Shown here one piece after another: positions 9,700 to 19,602 of a DNA stretch of 64,000 bases. The notes beneath the pieces are model-generated. The model made no database searches. It was not told the DNA's origin and worked only from the letters and a program-made list of their open reading frames with translations. Made by a program: the position numbers and the translations under genes. How positions within the stretch are numbered: the stretch's first letter is position 1; the number at the start of each line of letters is the position of its first letter. The stretch is from Candidatus Poribacteria bacterium (lineage in GTDB: Bacteria > Poribacteria > WGA-4E > WGA-3G): the NCBI GenBank assembly GCA_965116815.1, contig OZ220722.1, positions 671,050-735,049 on the forward strand, written 5' to 3'.

Positions 9700-10098
9700 G
9701 TGGCAAAAGAATCAAAGGACTCAAGTACTGACAAGGTCATCTCACGTATAAAATTACGTCGTCGTGAATTGGAATTGACACAAACAGAACTCGCAAAAGT
9801 GGCGAATCTAACACCTGCTGCAATCTCGCAATTTGAATCGGGAGCCAGAAAACCCTCGTTTAAGACGCTTTCAAGCCTTTCTGATGCCTTGAAGGTTACG
9901 ACCGATTACCTCCTTGGAAAAACTGAAAAAAGTTACGGCGATCTCTTAGCCGATCCGAAGATGGGTGCTATGTTCAGAGGCATGATGGAATTTACGGAGA
10001 AGGATAAGGAAACACTCTACGAGTTCTACGAATTTCTCAAAACGAAAGCAGAAGCACAGAAGACAGAGACAGAAGAACTCTCCTCAAACGAAGAGTAG
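9700..10098 (+). CDS. XRE-family helix-turn-helix transcriptional regulator (Cro/C1-type HTH).
   Basis: HTH motif LTQTELAKVANLTPAAISQFESGARKPSFKTLSSLSDAL. The likely start is GTG at 9700, preceded by AAAGGAG. The ORF-track start at 9616 is probably too far upstream. Confidence 0.7.
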   Translation: MAKESKDSSTDKVISRIKLRRRELELTQTELAKVANLTPAAISQFESGARKPSFKTLSSLSDALKVTTDYLLGKTEKSYGDLLADPKMGAMFRGMMEFTEKDKETLYEFYEFLKTKAEAQKTETEELSSNEE

Positions 10099-10127
10099 CC
10101 TGCTCCACAGGAAAGAAGTCCTGCCGG

Positions 10128-11177
10128 TTAGCCGGTAGGACGGAGGCAAATTTTTCCAAAATTTTGGCGATTCTCCAACAGCAAGTGTGCCTCACCCGCA
10201 CGATGGAGCGGCAGAACGCGGTCAATAATGGGTTCGAGTTTCCGTCGTCCGGCGAGTTGAACAAGCGTTCGGAGTTCAGTCACCGTGCCGAGGGCAGAGC
10301 CCATCACTGTGAGCTGCTTCTGATACAACTTTCGGATGTTAATTGTTCCGATATTACCTGTTGTGACACCACACGAAACGAGCCTCCCGTTTTTAGCAAG
10401 GCTCGCGATACTCTGTTCCCATGTTGCAGCCCCTACGTGCTCAAGAACAATATCTACCCCTCGCCCATCTGTTACGTCAAGTACCACCTCTGAAAAGTCT
10501 ATATCCTTATAGTTAATCGTAACGTCGGCACCCATTTCCCGTGCGCGTGCAAGTTTTTCATCGCTGCTTGCTGTGGCAAAGACTCTGGCACCACTCAACT
10601 TCGCGATCTGCAACCCCGCACTTCCGACACCACCGCCTACACCAAGAATTAAAATATCGTCCTCGGGACGAAGTTGTGCCCGCGTCATCAGCATGTGCCA
10701 TGCTGTAAGATAAGCGATCGGCATCGCAGCTGCGCTAACGAAGGACAGCGCGTCCGGTATCTGAATAGCGTTTTGGGCGGGTGCTTTCACATATTCTGCG
10801 TATCCACCATTCGTTTGGAAGCCGATGAGTTCTTGCGTGTCACACAGATTTTCCGCACCGCTGTGGCAGTCGCTACAGACACCACACGGGATACATGGCG
10901 CGAGGACAACCCGGTCCCCGACGGCTACACCGCGTGCCGCGTCCCCAATCTTAGCAATTGTTCCAGCGATGTCGGATCCAAGTATATGCGGTGTTTCGCC
11001 CCGTTGAAACTTCTCCGCAATCTCTGGTCGGTTCCGCCGGGCGTGAAGATCCAGATAGTTCACCGCACAGGCTTCGACTTTAACCAGCACTTCGTTAGTG
11101 TCAAGTGTTGGCTTCGGTACATCTGTATACTGAAGTACTTCTGTGCTTCCCTGTTCTAAGAAAACAATCGCTTTCAT
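10128..11177 (-). CDS. Zinc-dependent alcohol dehydrogenase / medium-chain dehydrogenase-reductase family oxidoreductase.
   Basis: MKAIVF...VLVKVEACAVNYLDLH. Structural-Zn motif CGVCSDCHSGAENLC. Rossmann motif ILILGVGGGVGSAGLQIAKLSGARV. Confidence 0.85.
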   Translation of the reverse strand: MKAIVFLEQGSTEVLQYTDVPKPTLDTNEVLVKVEACAVNYLDLHARRNRPEIAEKFQRGETPHILGSDIAGTIAKIGDAARGVAVGDRVVLAPCIPCGVCSDCHSGAENLCDTQELIGFQTNGGYAEYVKAPAQNAIQIPDALSFVSAAAMPIAYLTAWHMLMTRAQLRPEDDILILGVGGGVGSAGLQIAKLSGARVFATASSDEKLARAREMGADVTINYKDIDFSEVVLDVTDGRGVDIVLEHVGAATWEQSIASLAKNGRLVSCGVTTGNIGTINIRKLYQKQLTVMGSALGTVTELRTLVQLAGRRKLEPIIDRVLPLHRAGEAHLLLENRQNFGKICLRPTG

Positions 11178-11254
11178 ATTTTTCGTTGGCTGATGGACAA
11201 GAAAAGTGGTAATGAGTAAAGCTAACTTTCTGATTCACTCTATAGTTAGCAAAC

Positions 11255-12076
11255 CTAAGGTCTATGTAATTCATTTAAGCAATCAGAAAGTCCTAATATC
11301 TGTAATTCTCTGGAAACATAATTAAGAACAACCTTTTCCAAGGCGAGAGGGTAGGTCGCCCCGTGCTGTTTTGCAATATCCGGTCCGTACTGCTGCATAA
11401 TAGCCATCAAACGGAGATGTGCTCTCGCAATGCTTTCTTTGTCAACTCCCGGCATTGTTAATGCTTTTTCAATTTCTTCCGTGAGTGTTTGAGGCAGGAA
11501 GGGGTTGATGTTTTTTACACCGCGGTCTCTTTGCTTACCACAACCTATAATTAGTACTTCTGTCAATGACGTTACCACAAACGTAGTTCCCATGAATCCA
11601 GCGATGTATTCCTCGCGTCCTAAAACCGTGGGGAGAATCGCAAGTACACGCCAAAATTCGTTGAAGTGCTGCTTTAATGCTAATTTGACATCCTGTAGTT
11701 CGTTGTTGCTACACGCCGCCTTGAATTGAATACAACCTTCGTTGGCAGACAATACATGAACCTTGTTACGCTCAAGGAAAATTGTATTCCCTGCGTGCAC
11801 CCAGACATCAAGCCGCAAGCCTGCTGTCGTGATACAGGTTATCATCTGTCCGGGGAATGTGTCTCTAAAGAGGACTAGCGGCTGAATGTCGGATAACCAA
11901 GATTCCAGTTGTTGTTGGAAAGCCTTTTTATTCTCTTCGGCAACCAATAAATGGATATCGATATCTGAGTATCTATCGGCAGTACCCCTTCCGAAACTTC
12001 CTTCAAGCCACACCGCCAAAATATGCGCGTCTGACGCTGCTTTATCTGCAAGCGCGTTCAGGTATTCTTGATGCAT
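11255..12076 (-). CDS. Nucleotidyltransferase-fold protein, aminoglycoside 6-adenylyltransferase (AadK/ANT(6))-like.
   Basis: GSFGRGTADRYSDIDIHLLV is a nucleotidyltransferase G[SG]...D.D motif. Length is about 270 aa. An RBS AAGGAAT lies upstream. Confidence 0.55.
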   Translation of the reverse strand: MHQEYLNALADKAASDAHILAVWLEGSFGRGTADRYSDIDIHLLVAEENKKAFQQQLESWLSDIQPLVLFRDTFPGQMITCITTAGLRLDVWVHAGNTIFLERNKVHVLSANEGCIQFKAACSNNELQDVKLALKQHFNEFWRVLAILPTVLGREEYIAGFMGTTFVVTSLTEVLIIGCGKQRDRGVKNINPFLPQTLTEEIEKALTMPGVDKESIARAHLRLMAIMQQYGPDIAKQHGATYPLALEKVVLNYVSRELQILGLSDCLNELHRP

Positions 12077-12138
12077 TTTTCAATTCCTTACCGTGAATGT
12101 TTCAGACGCGCTATTTTTTTCAGGATAGGCATAGTAAT

Positions 12139-12948
12139 TTAACCGTAGGCACCGTGATTGAGGAAACCGAGTAAGCGACGTAAACGGGGACTTGCGTCTT
12201 TGTAGACAGAATCAGGCATATTATAGTTCATAAACGGATAATATTTATGCCCGACGAGGCGGCGCCCGTATGTCACTTGTGTGATATATCGGATGCGCTG
12301 GGTCTGATTAGGACCCCCGCGATGCCATACCTGATTGTTGAACATGATGACACTTCCCGCGTTTCCGAGGTTATACTGGACTTTATCCTCCCACTCTGTT
12401 CCTTCTATCGGGTTCGGGGGAGACGCACCAAAAAGATGGGAGCCCGGAACGACTTCTGTGCCACCGTGTTCAATCTCGGTGACATCGGTGAGATAGTAGT
12501 TCGCTGTAAAAAGCAGCACCGGCAGCCGCACGTTCTTTGGCGGTTCACCCTCCGTTACGATGTAGTGCGGTGCGTCGTCCTGATGCCAAGACGTAATCCC
12601 GCCGCCCGGAAACGTTTGGAACGAGTTGTTGTGAATAACATGGCAGTTGTCGGCGACAAGTGCTTCAGCGAAGGAGACAATCGGTTCGAGATCAAATAGG
12701 CGGCGATTCGCTTCGCTGTGTTCAAACATCCGATGGCTCAAGTGCATGCGCCCGCCGGGGCTTCCGCCATTTAAGCCGTTCGGATCGTTTTTGAGTGCCC
12801 ACTCTAAATCCTGTCGCAGTTGCGCGCAGTGATCAGGGGTCAAGACATTTTGCAAAAACAGACAGCCTCGCTGGTGGAAGGTCTCCACCCATTCCTGAAT
12901 TTGTTCATCACTGACAACCTGATCTGCTAAGTAGGTTGTTTGTCCCAT
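12139..12948 (-). CDS. Phytanoyl-CoA dioxygenase (PhyH) family Fe(II)/2-oxoglutarate oxygenase.
   Basis: GGITSWHQDDAPHY (HxD iron-binding motif) with overall PhyH-like layout. Confidence 0.7.
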   Translation of the reverse strand: MGQTTYLADQVVSDEQIQEWVETFHQRGCLFLQNVLTPDHCAQLRQDLEWALKNDPNGLNGGSPGGRMHLSHRMFEHSEANRRLFDLEPIVSFAEALVADNCHVIHNNSFQTFPGGGITSWHQDDAPHYIVTEGEPPKNVRLPVLLFTANYYLTDVTEIEHGGTEVVPGSHLFGASPPNPIEGTEWEDKVQYNLGNAGSVIMFNNQVWHRGGPNQTQRIRYITQVTYGRRLVGHKYYPFMNYNMPDSVYKDASPRLRRLLGFLNHGAYG

Positions 12949-13083
12949 TTTTCTACCTTCCCTCGTTTTTTGTGCCTGTGGATAGAGATAAAAGCAATTT
13001 GAAGGAGGGCTGGAAGGGTGGAAGCGTAGAAGGACGGGTGCCCAATCTTCCTATCTTCCAAACTTCCATCCGCCATCTCTTTG

Positions 13084-13419
13084 CTAACCCATCGCGGCGG
13101 CGACGATGATGCCGAGTGAGATGAGGACCCCCGCAACAGCAATGCCAGCAGCGGTGTTGTTCTCTTCGGCAATCTGACGGTTTAGATCGTAGGGAGTCGC
13201 CATATCGAAGACTTTATAGCCTATCATCAGAATTATTAAACCGACAATACTAAAAACGATGCCTTCAATGATGAAACCGCCTAAGACTTTGAAGTCTACC
13301 ATCGGAACCTCTCCAGATGCCGCGTCGGATTGGGCTATAGCGTTATGTGAAAACAGCGTAAAGGCAACAATTGCCACGGCAACCAGAATGAATGTGGTGA
13401 AAACGATCTTTTTAGCCAT
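13084..13419 (-). CDS. DUF350-family small membrane protein.
   Basis: Two-TM architecture with the DUF350-like segment IIEGIVFSIVGLIILMIGYKVFDMATPYDLNRQIAEENNTAAGIAVAGVLISLGIIVAAAM. RBS AAGGAGA. Confidence 0.55.
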   Translation of the reverse strand: MAKKIVFTTFILVAVAIVAFTLFSHNAIAQSDAASGEVPMVDFKVLGGFIIEGIVFSIVGLIILMIGYKVFDMATPYDLNRQIAEENNTAAGIAVAGVLISLGIIVAAAMG

Positions 13420-13471
13420 TTTGTAGCGTCTCCTTATTTGGACGGGACTTATAAAAATTTACCCCCGCTTG

Positions 13472-13498
13472 TATCTATGCGTAGGGGTTGGGTGACCC
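13472..13498. terminator. Near-perfect palindrome gtaggggttgggtgacccaatccctac, sitting just 3' of the 1331-aa gene on its strand. Candidate transcription terminator.
   Basis: Seen directly. A 12-bp stem, followed on the minus strand by a T-rich tract (aaatttttat). Confidence 0.3.
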
Positions 13499-13503
13499 AA
13501 TCC

Positions 13504-16500
13504 CTACGAATGTGTCAAAAGCTCGAACTGCACATCCGGGGTGGTGTGCAGATATTTTATCAGTATAGCGTCCTTATCTTCAATATAAAGCCATCCGGAT
13601 CCAACATCTTCAAGTGACTGCACAGCCGGAACCTCAATTTCTGCGTATTTATTCGATCCGTTGACGGGTTCAGAATCTTCAGGGGACGTGTCCGTATCGG
13701 TAGGAGTATCATCTGGAGGCGATGTGAGTTCATATCGCGCCCGGAGTGCTTGTGGCGCACGTCCGCAACCAACAATAAGTGAGTAGCTTGTTTCATTGTT
13801 AGCGTAACTGAGCTGCCAGTTCAACTGATCGGTGTTGGTTAAAGTAAGTTTCTCCACGCTTGCACCGGAACTGACGTGTATCTCACCCGCGATAAGGGTC
13901 TTTATACCCGGGTCGAGTCCTCGGAGTGCGTAAACATTCACCATGATATCTTCGGGGTTCAGATGCGGTCCTTTACCTTCGGTGCAGAAACCGTAAAATC
14001 CATCGGGATAGGTGCCTTTGAGGTCACCCTCTTCCCACTGCTGATACATCGCACTTACTGTAATACCTTCAGCAATCTGGAGCCATTTTTCATCTTCGGT
14101 GTGCTGGTCCAGTCGTTGTAAGTAGTAAGCGAGAACCAACCCATTCCATTGAACAGGGACACCGAACCAAGGGTGCGTATGGAAGCTCGTCCCGAAAACA
14201 GGGATTGAGGCGAACTGCATACCGGGTCGGTCAGACAAGTGCCAATGGTAGAGGAACGGCAGGGCTGTCTCTGCCCAATACGTTGCGCGCTTGAGATGTT
14301 CTTTTTCGTTTGTCAGTTCATAAGCTTCAACGTAGGCACCGATAGCGTGAGCGGCTGCGAGAACGTCCGGTTGATACATTGGGCATTCCCACATTTGCGC
14401 GCCGCGCGGCACGGAGAATTGCTGAATGAATTTAAGTGCCTTCAAGCCTGCCGCACGCGAGGTTTTATTTCCAGTAATTCGTGCGTGTTTGAGGAGTAAA
14501 TGTGCCGACTCTGCACAGGTGCCGAGCACGGCTTCGCCCGGTTCTCCAAGGGAAGTGGTTCGTTCGCTTGTTGGATGCCACCGCCAGCTTCCATCGGACG
14601 CTTGTGTAGCGAGGCGTTGCTGTGTCTCCTCTTCCATGTAAGTTAGTGCCGCATCAATATTGCTGATATAGAAAGGGAATTCCCATCTCAAAATGTGACA
14701 CGAACCACGTGCTGCCAAGCCTCCTGCTCCAGATTCGGCTACGGTATTTTTAGCGATTTCTTGCACCCGTTCCTTTACCTGCTCATCTTTTGTCGCGAGG
14801 TAGTCGTACCAAAGCAAGGTGCCGAAACCTGGTTCATTTTGAGCCGCCCAGTCTACACAGTGACGAGATTTTCGAGTGTTTTCATCCCATGTGGTGTGCA
14901 TAAATCCGTGCCGTGAGAGCAAAACTTGTTCTTCGTCACTACGCGGTGGTGGCAATGGCTTGGGCGTACCGTAAGCATCGTTCCAATGGGCTACGGCATC
15001 TAAAATAGAGGCGTTTCCATCCACAATGATTTCGCTTTTGATGGACAGCGGACGCGATGTCATCAACGGATACGGAATGGAAGCCTCCGCCTGATTTTCT
15101 TGGACCCACGTTGGGACGGTCGGTAGGAATACACCGAGGACGTGATTTTTCTGGGACTGATACCAATTCGGAGAGGCGAATATCGTAGAGAGCATCTGAT
15201 TCTCACCATCCCAAGTATCCAGGGGGTTCCAAACAATGCCGACTAACGATTTCTGCATTTCTACCGCCATGACCGGCACTGTAATCTTATAGGGGTGTGG
15301 CACAAGTCGGTTGTCGAGTGGAGGTGATGCATCACGCGGACTTGAGGAGCGTTCGTCGTTCTCCAGGAATTCAAGTCCAGGGAAGAGTGCAGCCGTTTTC
15401 TTCTCACGGTTACGCCCTTGCCCCGCATAAAGCATCGGACCTCGGAAACTGAGGAGTTCTCTGTTTCCGTCTGTTTGCAACTTATATTCTGTCTTCACTC
15501 GCGTCGCACGTTCAGCAAGCGTCCACTGCATCTCATAAGCCCATTCCACGCCATCGGCATCTGTGTCCGAACCACTTAAACGGATGATAGACTCTCCCTT
15601 GTTGTTTCCTGAGAGTTGATGGATCGTAGGCGTGAGTTGCAAAGTTTGGCGATTTTGCGATGCGTCTAAGTAGGTTACCTCAGAGAGGAACGGACTGGTT
15701 GCCACCTGTTGATAGTTCCTACCCTTTGCAACAAAAAGCACATAGTACGCAAAGCTGCCAGCCGCCTTTTTGTCGAAGTTGTTTTGGTTTTCAGTCTCTG
15801 ATGTTGCTTCAGTACCACGGACAAAAATGATGCGGAGATTTTTGTTCCCTAACACCACGCTACCATCTTGTGTGTAGGTGTGCAGTTCTTTCACGGCTTT
15901 CGTCGCGAGTTTGGGCGGGGCAGGACGAATCGCAACGCTGCCTTGAGCTGTTTGACGTTCTTCTCCGGCTGACGTTTGGCATTTGAGCGAAACGGAAATA
16001 GGAATTACAGTGGGATTTGAAAGACGACGCGCTACCCAAAAAATGGAGGTTTCTTCATTCGGTTCAATTCCTTTGACCGTTTGTCTCGGACGTCCACGCC
16101 GTAGTTTCACACCGTTGATAGAGATCCAAGCAGTATCTGCCTTACCGAGTGGCGCACTGCCGACATTCCGAAGCGTGCATTGCACTTCAAAATCTTCACC
16201 CGCGGCGACAACAGCGGCTGTCGCACCTACGCTCACAATCTCCAATTTCGGCTGTGCTGCGTAAATGGATAGCTTGATAGGGTGTTTTTCCGATTCGTGT
16301 GATTCAAGCAGAATATCCCTTAGCGCGGAAACCGATGTTGACGTGGATTGACTGAACTCCTGCAGCTGCGTCGCATCATCGCTGAAGTGTAGGATGGCAA
16401 GACCGCATCGAACTTCGGGTTCCTTATCTCTTTTCCCTTTCCGGAGCGATGTCTGTTTAAGTTTGCGTAACTGTGGTTTACCCCACAACGCCCACGCGTA

Positions 16501-17499
16501 GTTACTGTTGCCTTCTACGTTACACTCCGTCAAAAACGAGACAACGATCTCTTTACCAGCGTAGTGTGTCAGATCTATGCTTTTTTCTCTCCAGTGACAC
16601 TCCGTTGATACAGATTCAAAGCATCTTTCTGGTGTGGCTTCCAAATCTGTGTTCGGAAGATCGACAATTTCAATGGAAAATTTTACACCCCCGGGTGTTC
16701 GCGCTGCATCATCAAATACGACACCATCCCGCAAGCCGATCGAAAAGTGTAAGAAGAGTTTCTCTTTGTCATCGGCATCGGGAAGTGAAAGTGTGTAGTC
16801 AATTCTCGCGGTTTCTGTTGAGGTTGGATGTTCAAAAATGGCAGGTTTTACCACACCACCTGAGGAATCTGTACCGTTGGCAGATGCTTGTTCTGTTCCA
16901 GAAACAGTGCCCTGTTCAAACATCTCCACGAAGTCATAAATTTCCTCAATAATCCCAAGCTCCAGTGGTGGAGGTTCAGGTTCCGCTTCAGTCTTATCGC
17001 TTGGGGTTGTTTCGTCTGTTTCTTGCGTTTCAGTTTCTGGAACTTCGCTGTCGGCAACCTGTGGACTTTCCGCCACGGCATCCTCGGTTTCCGTCTCAGG
17101 CGGGGCAATCTCCTCCTCATCTTCGGAAACCGAATCGGTACCTTCTAATGATTGGGATGCCTCTTGACCTTCAGCGGAATCAAGGTTGGTAACCCCCTCA
17201 GGAACATTGTCTTCGCCTGTTTCAGGACTGTCCGCATGCATTTCGGTGCTCTCCTCTGTAGTGACAGGCGGAGCCTCATCCGTCGGTGCTTCCTCTGATG
17301 GAGCATCGTTTTCTTCGCTTTCCGAGTGTTCGGAAACCGGAGCATCTACGGGGTCAACATCACTTACCGGATTATCATCCGTTGCGAGTTCCAATTCCGT
17401 TTGAGGTTCGTCATCATGCTGTGCATCGTCGGGTTGATCGTTTTCTTCCTCTGTTTGCCCGATGCAGGCGGCTAAAAATTGTTGAAAACCGATGGACAT
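13504..17499 (-). CDS. Large (1331 aa) multidomain protein of unknown function. Order: strongly acidic low-complexity N-terminal ~200 aa, CARDB/Ig-like beta-sandwich segment, then a C-terminal alpha-helical toroid-like domain. No obvious signal peptide.
   Basis: The N-terminus is rich in D/E/P/T. The segment LEIVSVGATAAVVAAGEDFEVQCTLRNVGSAPLG is CARDB-like. Its start overlaps the stop of the upstream GH172-like gene (17499/17500), suggesting an operon. Confidence 0.65.
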   Translation of the reverse strand: MSIGFQQFLAACIGQTEEENDQPDDAQHDDEPQTELELATDDNPVSDVDPVDAPVSEHSESEENDAPSEEAPTDEAPPVTTEESTEMHADSPETGEDNVPEGVTNLDSAEGQEASQSLEGTDSVSEDEEEIAPPETETEDAVAESPQVADSEVPETETQETDETTPSDKTEAEPEPPPLELGIIEEIYDFVEMFEQGTVSGTEQASANGTDSSGGVVKPAIFEHPTSTETARIDYTLSLPDADDKEKLFLHFSIGLRDGVVFDDAARTPGGVKFSIEIVDLPNTDLEATPERCFESVSTECHWREKSIDLTHYAGKEIVVSFLTECNVEGNSNYAWALWGKPQLRKLKQTSLRKGKRDKEPEVRCGLAILHFSDDATQLQEFSQSTSTSVSALRDILLESHESEKHPIKLSIYAAQPKLEIVSVGATAAVVAAGEDFEVQCTLRNVGSAPLGKADTAWISINGVKLRRGRPRQTVKGIEPNEETSIFWVARRLSNPTVIPISVSLKCQTSAGEERQTAQGSVAIRPAPPKLATKAVKELHTYTQDGSVVLGNKNLRIIFVRGTEATSETENQNNFDKKAAGSFAYYVLFVAKGRNYQQVATSPFLSEVTYLDASQNRQTLQLTPTIHQLSGNNKGESIIRLSGSDTDADGVEWAYEMQWTLAERATRVKTEYKLQTDGNRELLSFRGPMLYAGQGRNREKKTAALFPGLEFLENDERSSSPRDASPPLDNRLVPHPYKITVPVMAVEMQKSLVGIVWNPLDTWDGENQMLSTIFASPNWYQSQKNHVLGVFLPTVPTWVQENQAEASIPYPLMTSRPLSIKSEIIVDGNASILDAVAHWNDAYGTPKPLPPPRSDEEQVLLSRHGFMHTTWDENTRKSRHCVDWAAQNEPGFGTLLWYDYLATKDEQVKERVQEIAKNTVAESGAGGLAARGSCHILRWEFPFYISNIDAALTYMEEETQQRLATQASDGSWRWHPTSERTTSLGEPGEAVLGTCAESAHLLLKHARITGNKTSRAAGLKALKFIQQFSVPRGAQMWECPMYQPDVLAAAHAIGAYVEAYELTNEKEHLKRATYWAETALPFLYHWHLSDRPGMQFASIPVFGTSFHTHPWFGVPVQWNGLVLAYYLQRLDQHTEDEKWLQIAEGITVSAMYQQWEEGDLKGTYPDGFYGFCTEGKGPHLNPEDIMVNVYALRGLDPGIKTLIAGEIHVSSGASVEKLTLTNTDQLNWQLSYANNETSYSLIVGCGRAPQALRARYELTSPPDDTPTDTDTSPEDSEPVNGSNKYAEIEVPAVQSLEDVGSGWLYIEDKDAILIKYLHTTPDVQFELLTHS

Positions 17500-18648
17500 C
17501 TATTCTTTCTCACTCCATTTCTGTTTCATCTGCTGCATCTCATCGTTAAGCACGATTTCCACTGAGGGCGTTTGGGCGGAAGACTCAATCTGCCATTTAC
17601 CAGATTCATCCTTCAGGACCGGCTTACGTTGAGCGACAGGCAAAATGCTAAACGGGACATGCGGCTCAATTTGGTACCAATACGCGACGGAGGACGTTTC
17701 ATTACTGAGGTGATTGCCGTGTCCGTGCTCTATTGTAACCCGAATCTCCTTCTCGAAGCGGATAGGATTTTCGATGTGATAGACATAAGAGGTCTGATAG
17801 CCGTCAGTGTTGTTTTCGTGAATAGCAGATCCGTTGTGTGCATAAGCGTTTTGTTGCATCCCCCACGCTTGGTTGAGGTAGTCCTCTGAACCTGTGCCGT
17901 GCAAATCGGGGGGCCATTTGTAACCATCGACCCAGATCATGTCGTCGCCTTCGCCCCACCATGTGCCTTGAAAATTGGTCACCGATAGGTTACAACCGAT
18001 ATAGTGGCCTCTACCTTCAGCGGACAGGATAAGGTAATTGTTATCCCACGCGGGTCGTTCTGCATTAATGATATTGGCTTCTGGGGTATTCACAGTAATT
18101 TCATGTCCCCATCCGTCACACGGGTTTTCACGGTGGAATTGGGCATGGAAATAGGCGACATCGTCCCCGTGCGGTTCGGGATACAGTTCATAATCAACAT
18201 AGAAGTATTGACGGTGGGTTGTATCGCCTTCGTTGACGAGTTCTATCCTTGCACTGCGATTAAAGGGCATCTGCAAGTAACAATTAAGCGCACAACCTGT
18301 ATTGAATGTGTTGTTTTGATGTGTGGAGGCAGAGAAGGGGATGGAATCATACGAATTAACGATTTCGTTGCCGAGTCCGAAGAAGTCACCTAATGGACAC
18401 AGGACGCTTGGATGTTCCTCATCGTCCCAAAACATCCGAATCAGGACGTTTCGGTAACCGTTTGGCTGCGTCATCCAGATATGGTTGACACATCCCGGTC
18501 CTTGAATGTCCGCAATGACGCGGGTTTCACCGGGTTCGACATTCCACGCATCGTTATTTCTGCCTGTCGTATCCCACGAGGAGGCGCGTAATGAGCGTGC
18601 TTTCTTGACACGCGTCAACGATGACAATAATCCGTCAACATAAGTCAT
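17500..18648 (-). CDS. DUF2961 / glycoside-hydrolase-family-172-like protein.
   Basis: Motifs WWGEGDDMIWVDG and GTGSEDYLNQAWG match the family as I recall it, with an overall beta-rich composition. About 380 aa. Confidence 0.55.
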   Translation of the reverse strand: MTYVDGLLSSLTRVKKARSLRASSWDTTGRNNDAWNVEPGETRVIADIQGPGCVNHIWMTQPNGYRNVLIRMFWDDEEHPSVLCPLGDFFGLGNEIVNSYDSIPFSASTHQNNTFNTGCALNCYLQMPFNRSARIELVNEGDTTHRQYFYVDYELYPEPHGDDVAYFHAQFHRENPCDGWGHEITVNTPEANIINAERPAWDNNYLILSAEGRGHYIGCNLSVTNFQGTWWGEGDDMIWVDGYKWPPDLHGTGSEDYLNQAWGMQQNAYAHNGSAIHENNTDGYQTSYVYHIENPIRFEKEIRVTIEHGHGNHLSNETSSVAYWYQIEPHVPFSILPVAQRKPVLKDESGKWQIESSAQTPSVEIVLNDEMQQMKQKWSEKE

Positions 18649-18791
18649 TCAACTTTTCCCTCTAAAATCCTCACTCAAAAACGTGAGGATACATGTAGAA
18701 TAAATATTCTTCCTATTATTATATCACGTACGCGTGGAAAATCAATACGATTTTTGGCTTTTATATCTTCCAAGCCCACTGCTGTCTGAAG

Positions 18792-19601
18792 TTAAGGCAG
18801 AACGGATTTCATCTTTTCCAATCCGATGCGTGCGACTTCTGCGGGGTCTTGTTCCCAATAGTTTGGATTGAACAATTCCAGCGAGATGACACCGGCATAT
18901 CCTACGTCTTCCAGAATAGAGATCATCTGTCCGAGATCAAGGATACCGTCGCCCGGATACACCCTGTCTGCATCCGACTGCTCGGCACGCGCAGGTTCGG
19001 CAGGCGCGTCGTTGAAGTGGAACACAGCGATTTTTTCGCCGGGGATGCCCTTCATATCTTCTATCTCTCCACCGCCACGATAGATATGGAAGGGATCAAG
19101 CACAATCGTGCTATCGGGGTGATCTGCTACTTCCATCACTTCCCATGCGTGCTTAACTTGGTTGACACCATCGACGAAACCGAGGAACTCCATGGCGGGT
19201 TTAACGCCAAATTCACGTCCGAGTTCGAGCAATTCGCGGTAGTTCTCGCCGCCTAATTGGAGATCTGCGACCTCACGGGGTGGACTGGAGATGATATAGG
19301 TCGATCCGACCGCAGCGGCTTGTGCCATGCGCCGTTTCGCTTCTTCAATCGCTTCTTGATGTTCAGGTCCTGTTGTGTTGAGCCAACCGTGTAAGGCTAT
19401 AACGGTAGGCACCGAAAGCCCGTTGTCATCAAGTGCTTTTTTGACATCCGTGAGCGAACCGCCCTGTTCCTGGTAAGCCGTTAAGTCGTCGTTCCATAAC
19501 TCAATCGCTGAATAGCCGGTTTCGGCAGCGATCCGAATCTTGTCCATTAACCCGGCGGGACGTATTGTGCTTGTATTTAAACCTAACTGAAATTGTGCCA
19601 T
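18792..19601 (-). CDS. Sugar phosphate isomerase/epimerase (xylose isomerase-like TIM barrel).
   Basis: MAQFQLGLNTSTIRPAGLMDKIRIAAETGYSAIELW... Start chosen at the ATG 2 nt after the upstream stop. The track's longer start overlaps the upstream gene. Confidence 0.8.
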   Translation of the reverse strand: MAQFQLGLNTSTIRPAGLMDKIRIAAETGYSAIELWNDDLTAYQEQGGSLTDVKKALDDNGLSVPTVIALHGWLNTTGPEHQEAIEEAKRRMAQAAAVGSTYIISSPPREVADLQLGGENYRELLELGREFGVKPAMEFLGFVDGVNQVKHAWEVMEVADHPDSTIVLDPFHIYRGGGEIEDMKGIPGEKIAVFHFNDAPAEPARAEQSDADRVYPGDGILDLGQMISILEDVGYAGVISLELFNPNYWEQDPAEVARIGLEKMKSVLP

Positions 19602-19602
19602 T

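Noticed and set aside
10164-11159. Plus-strand ORFs 10164..10493, 10674..11159, 10825..11007
   Set aside because: Antisense to the well-supported Zn-ADH gene. Their translations are Cys/Arg-rich and low complexity.
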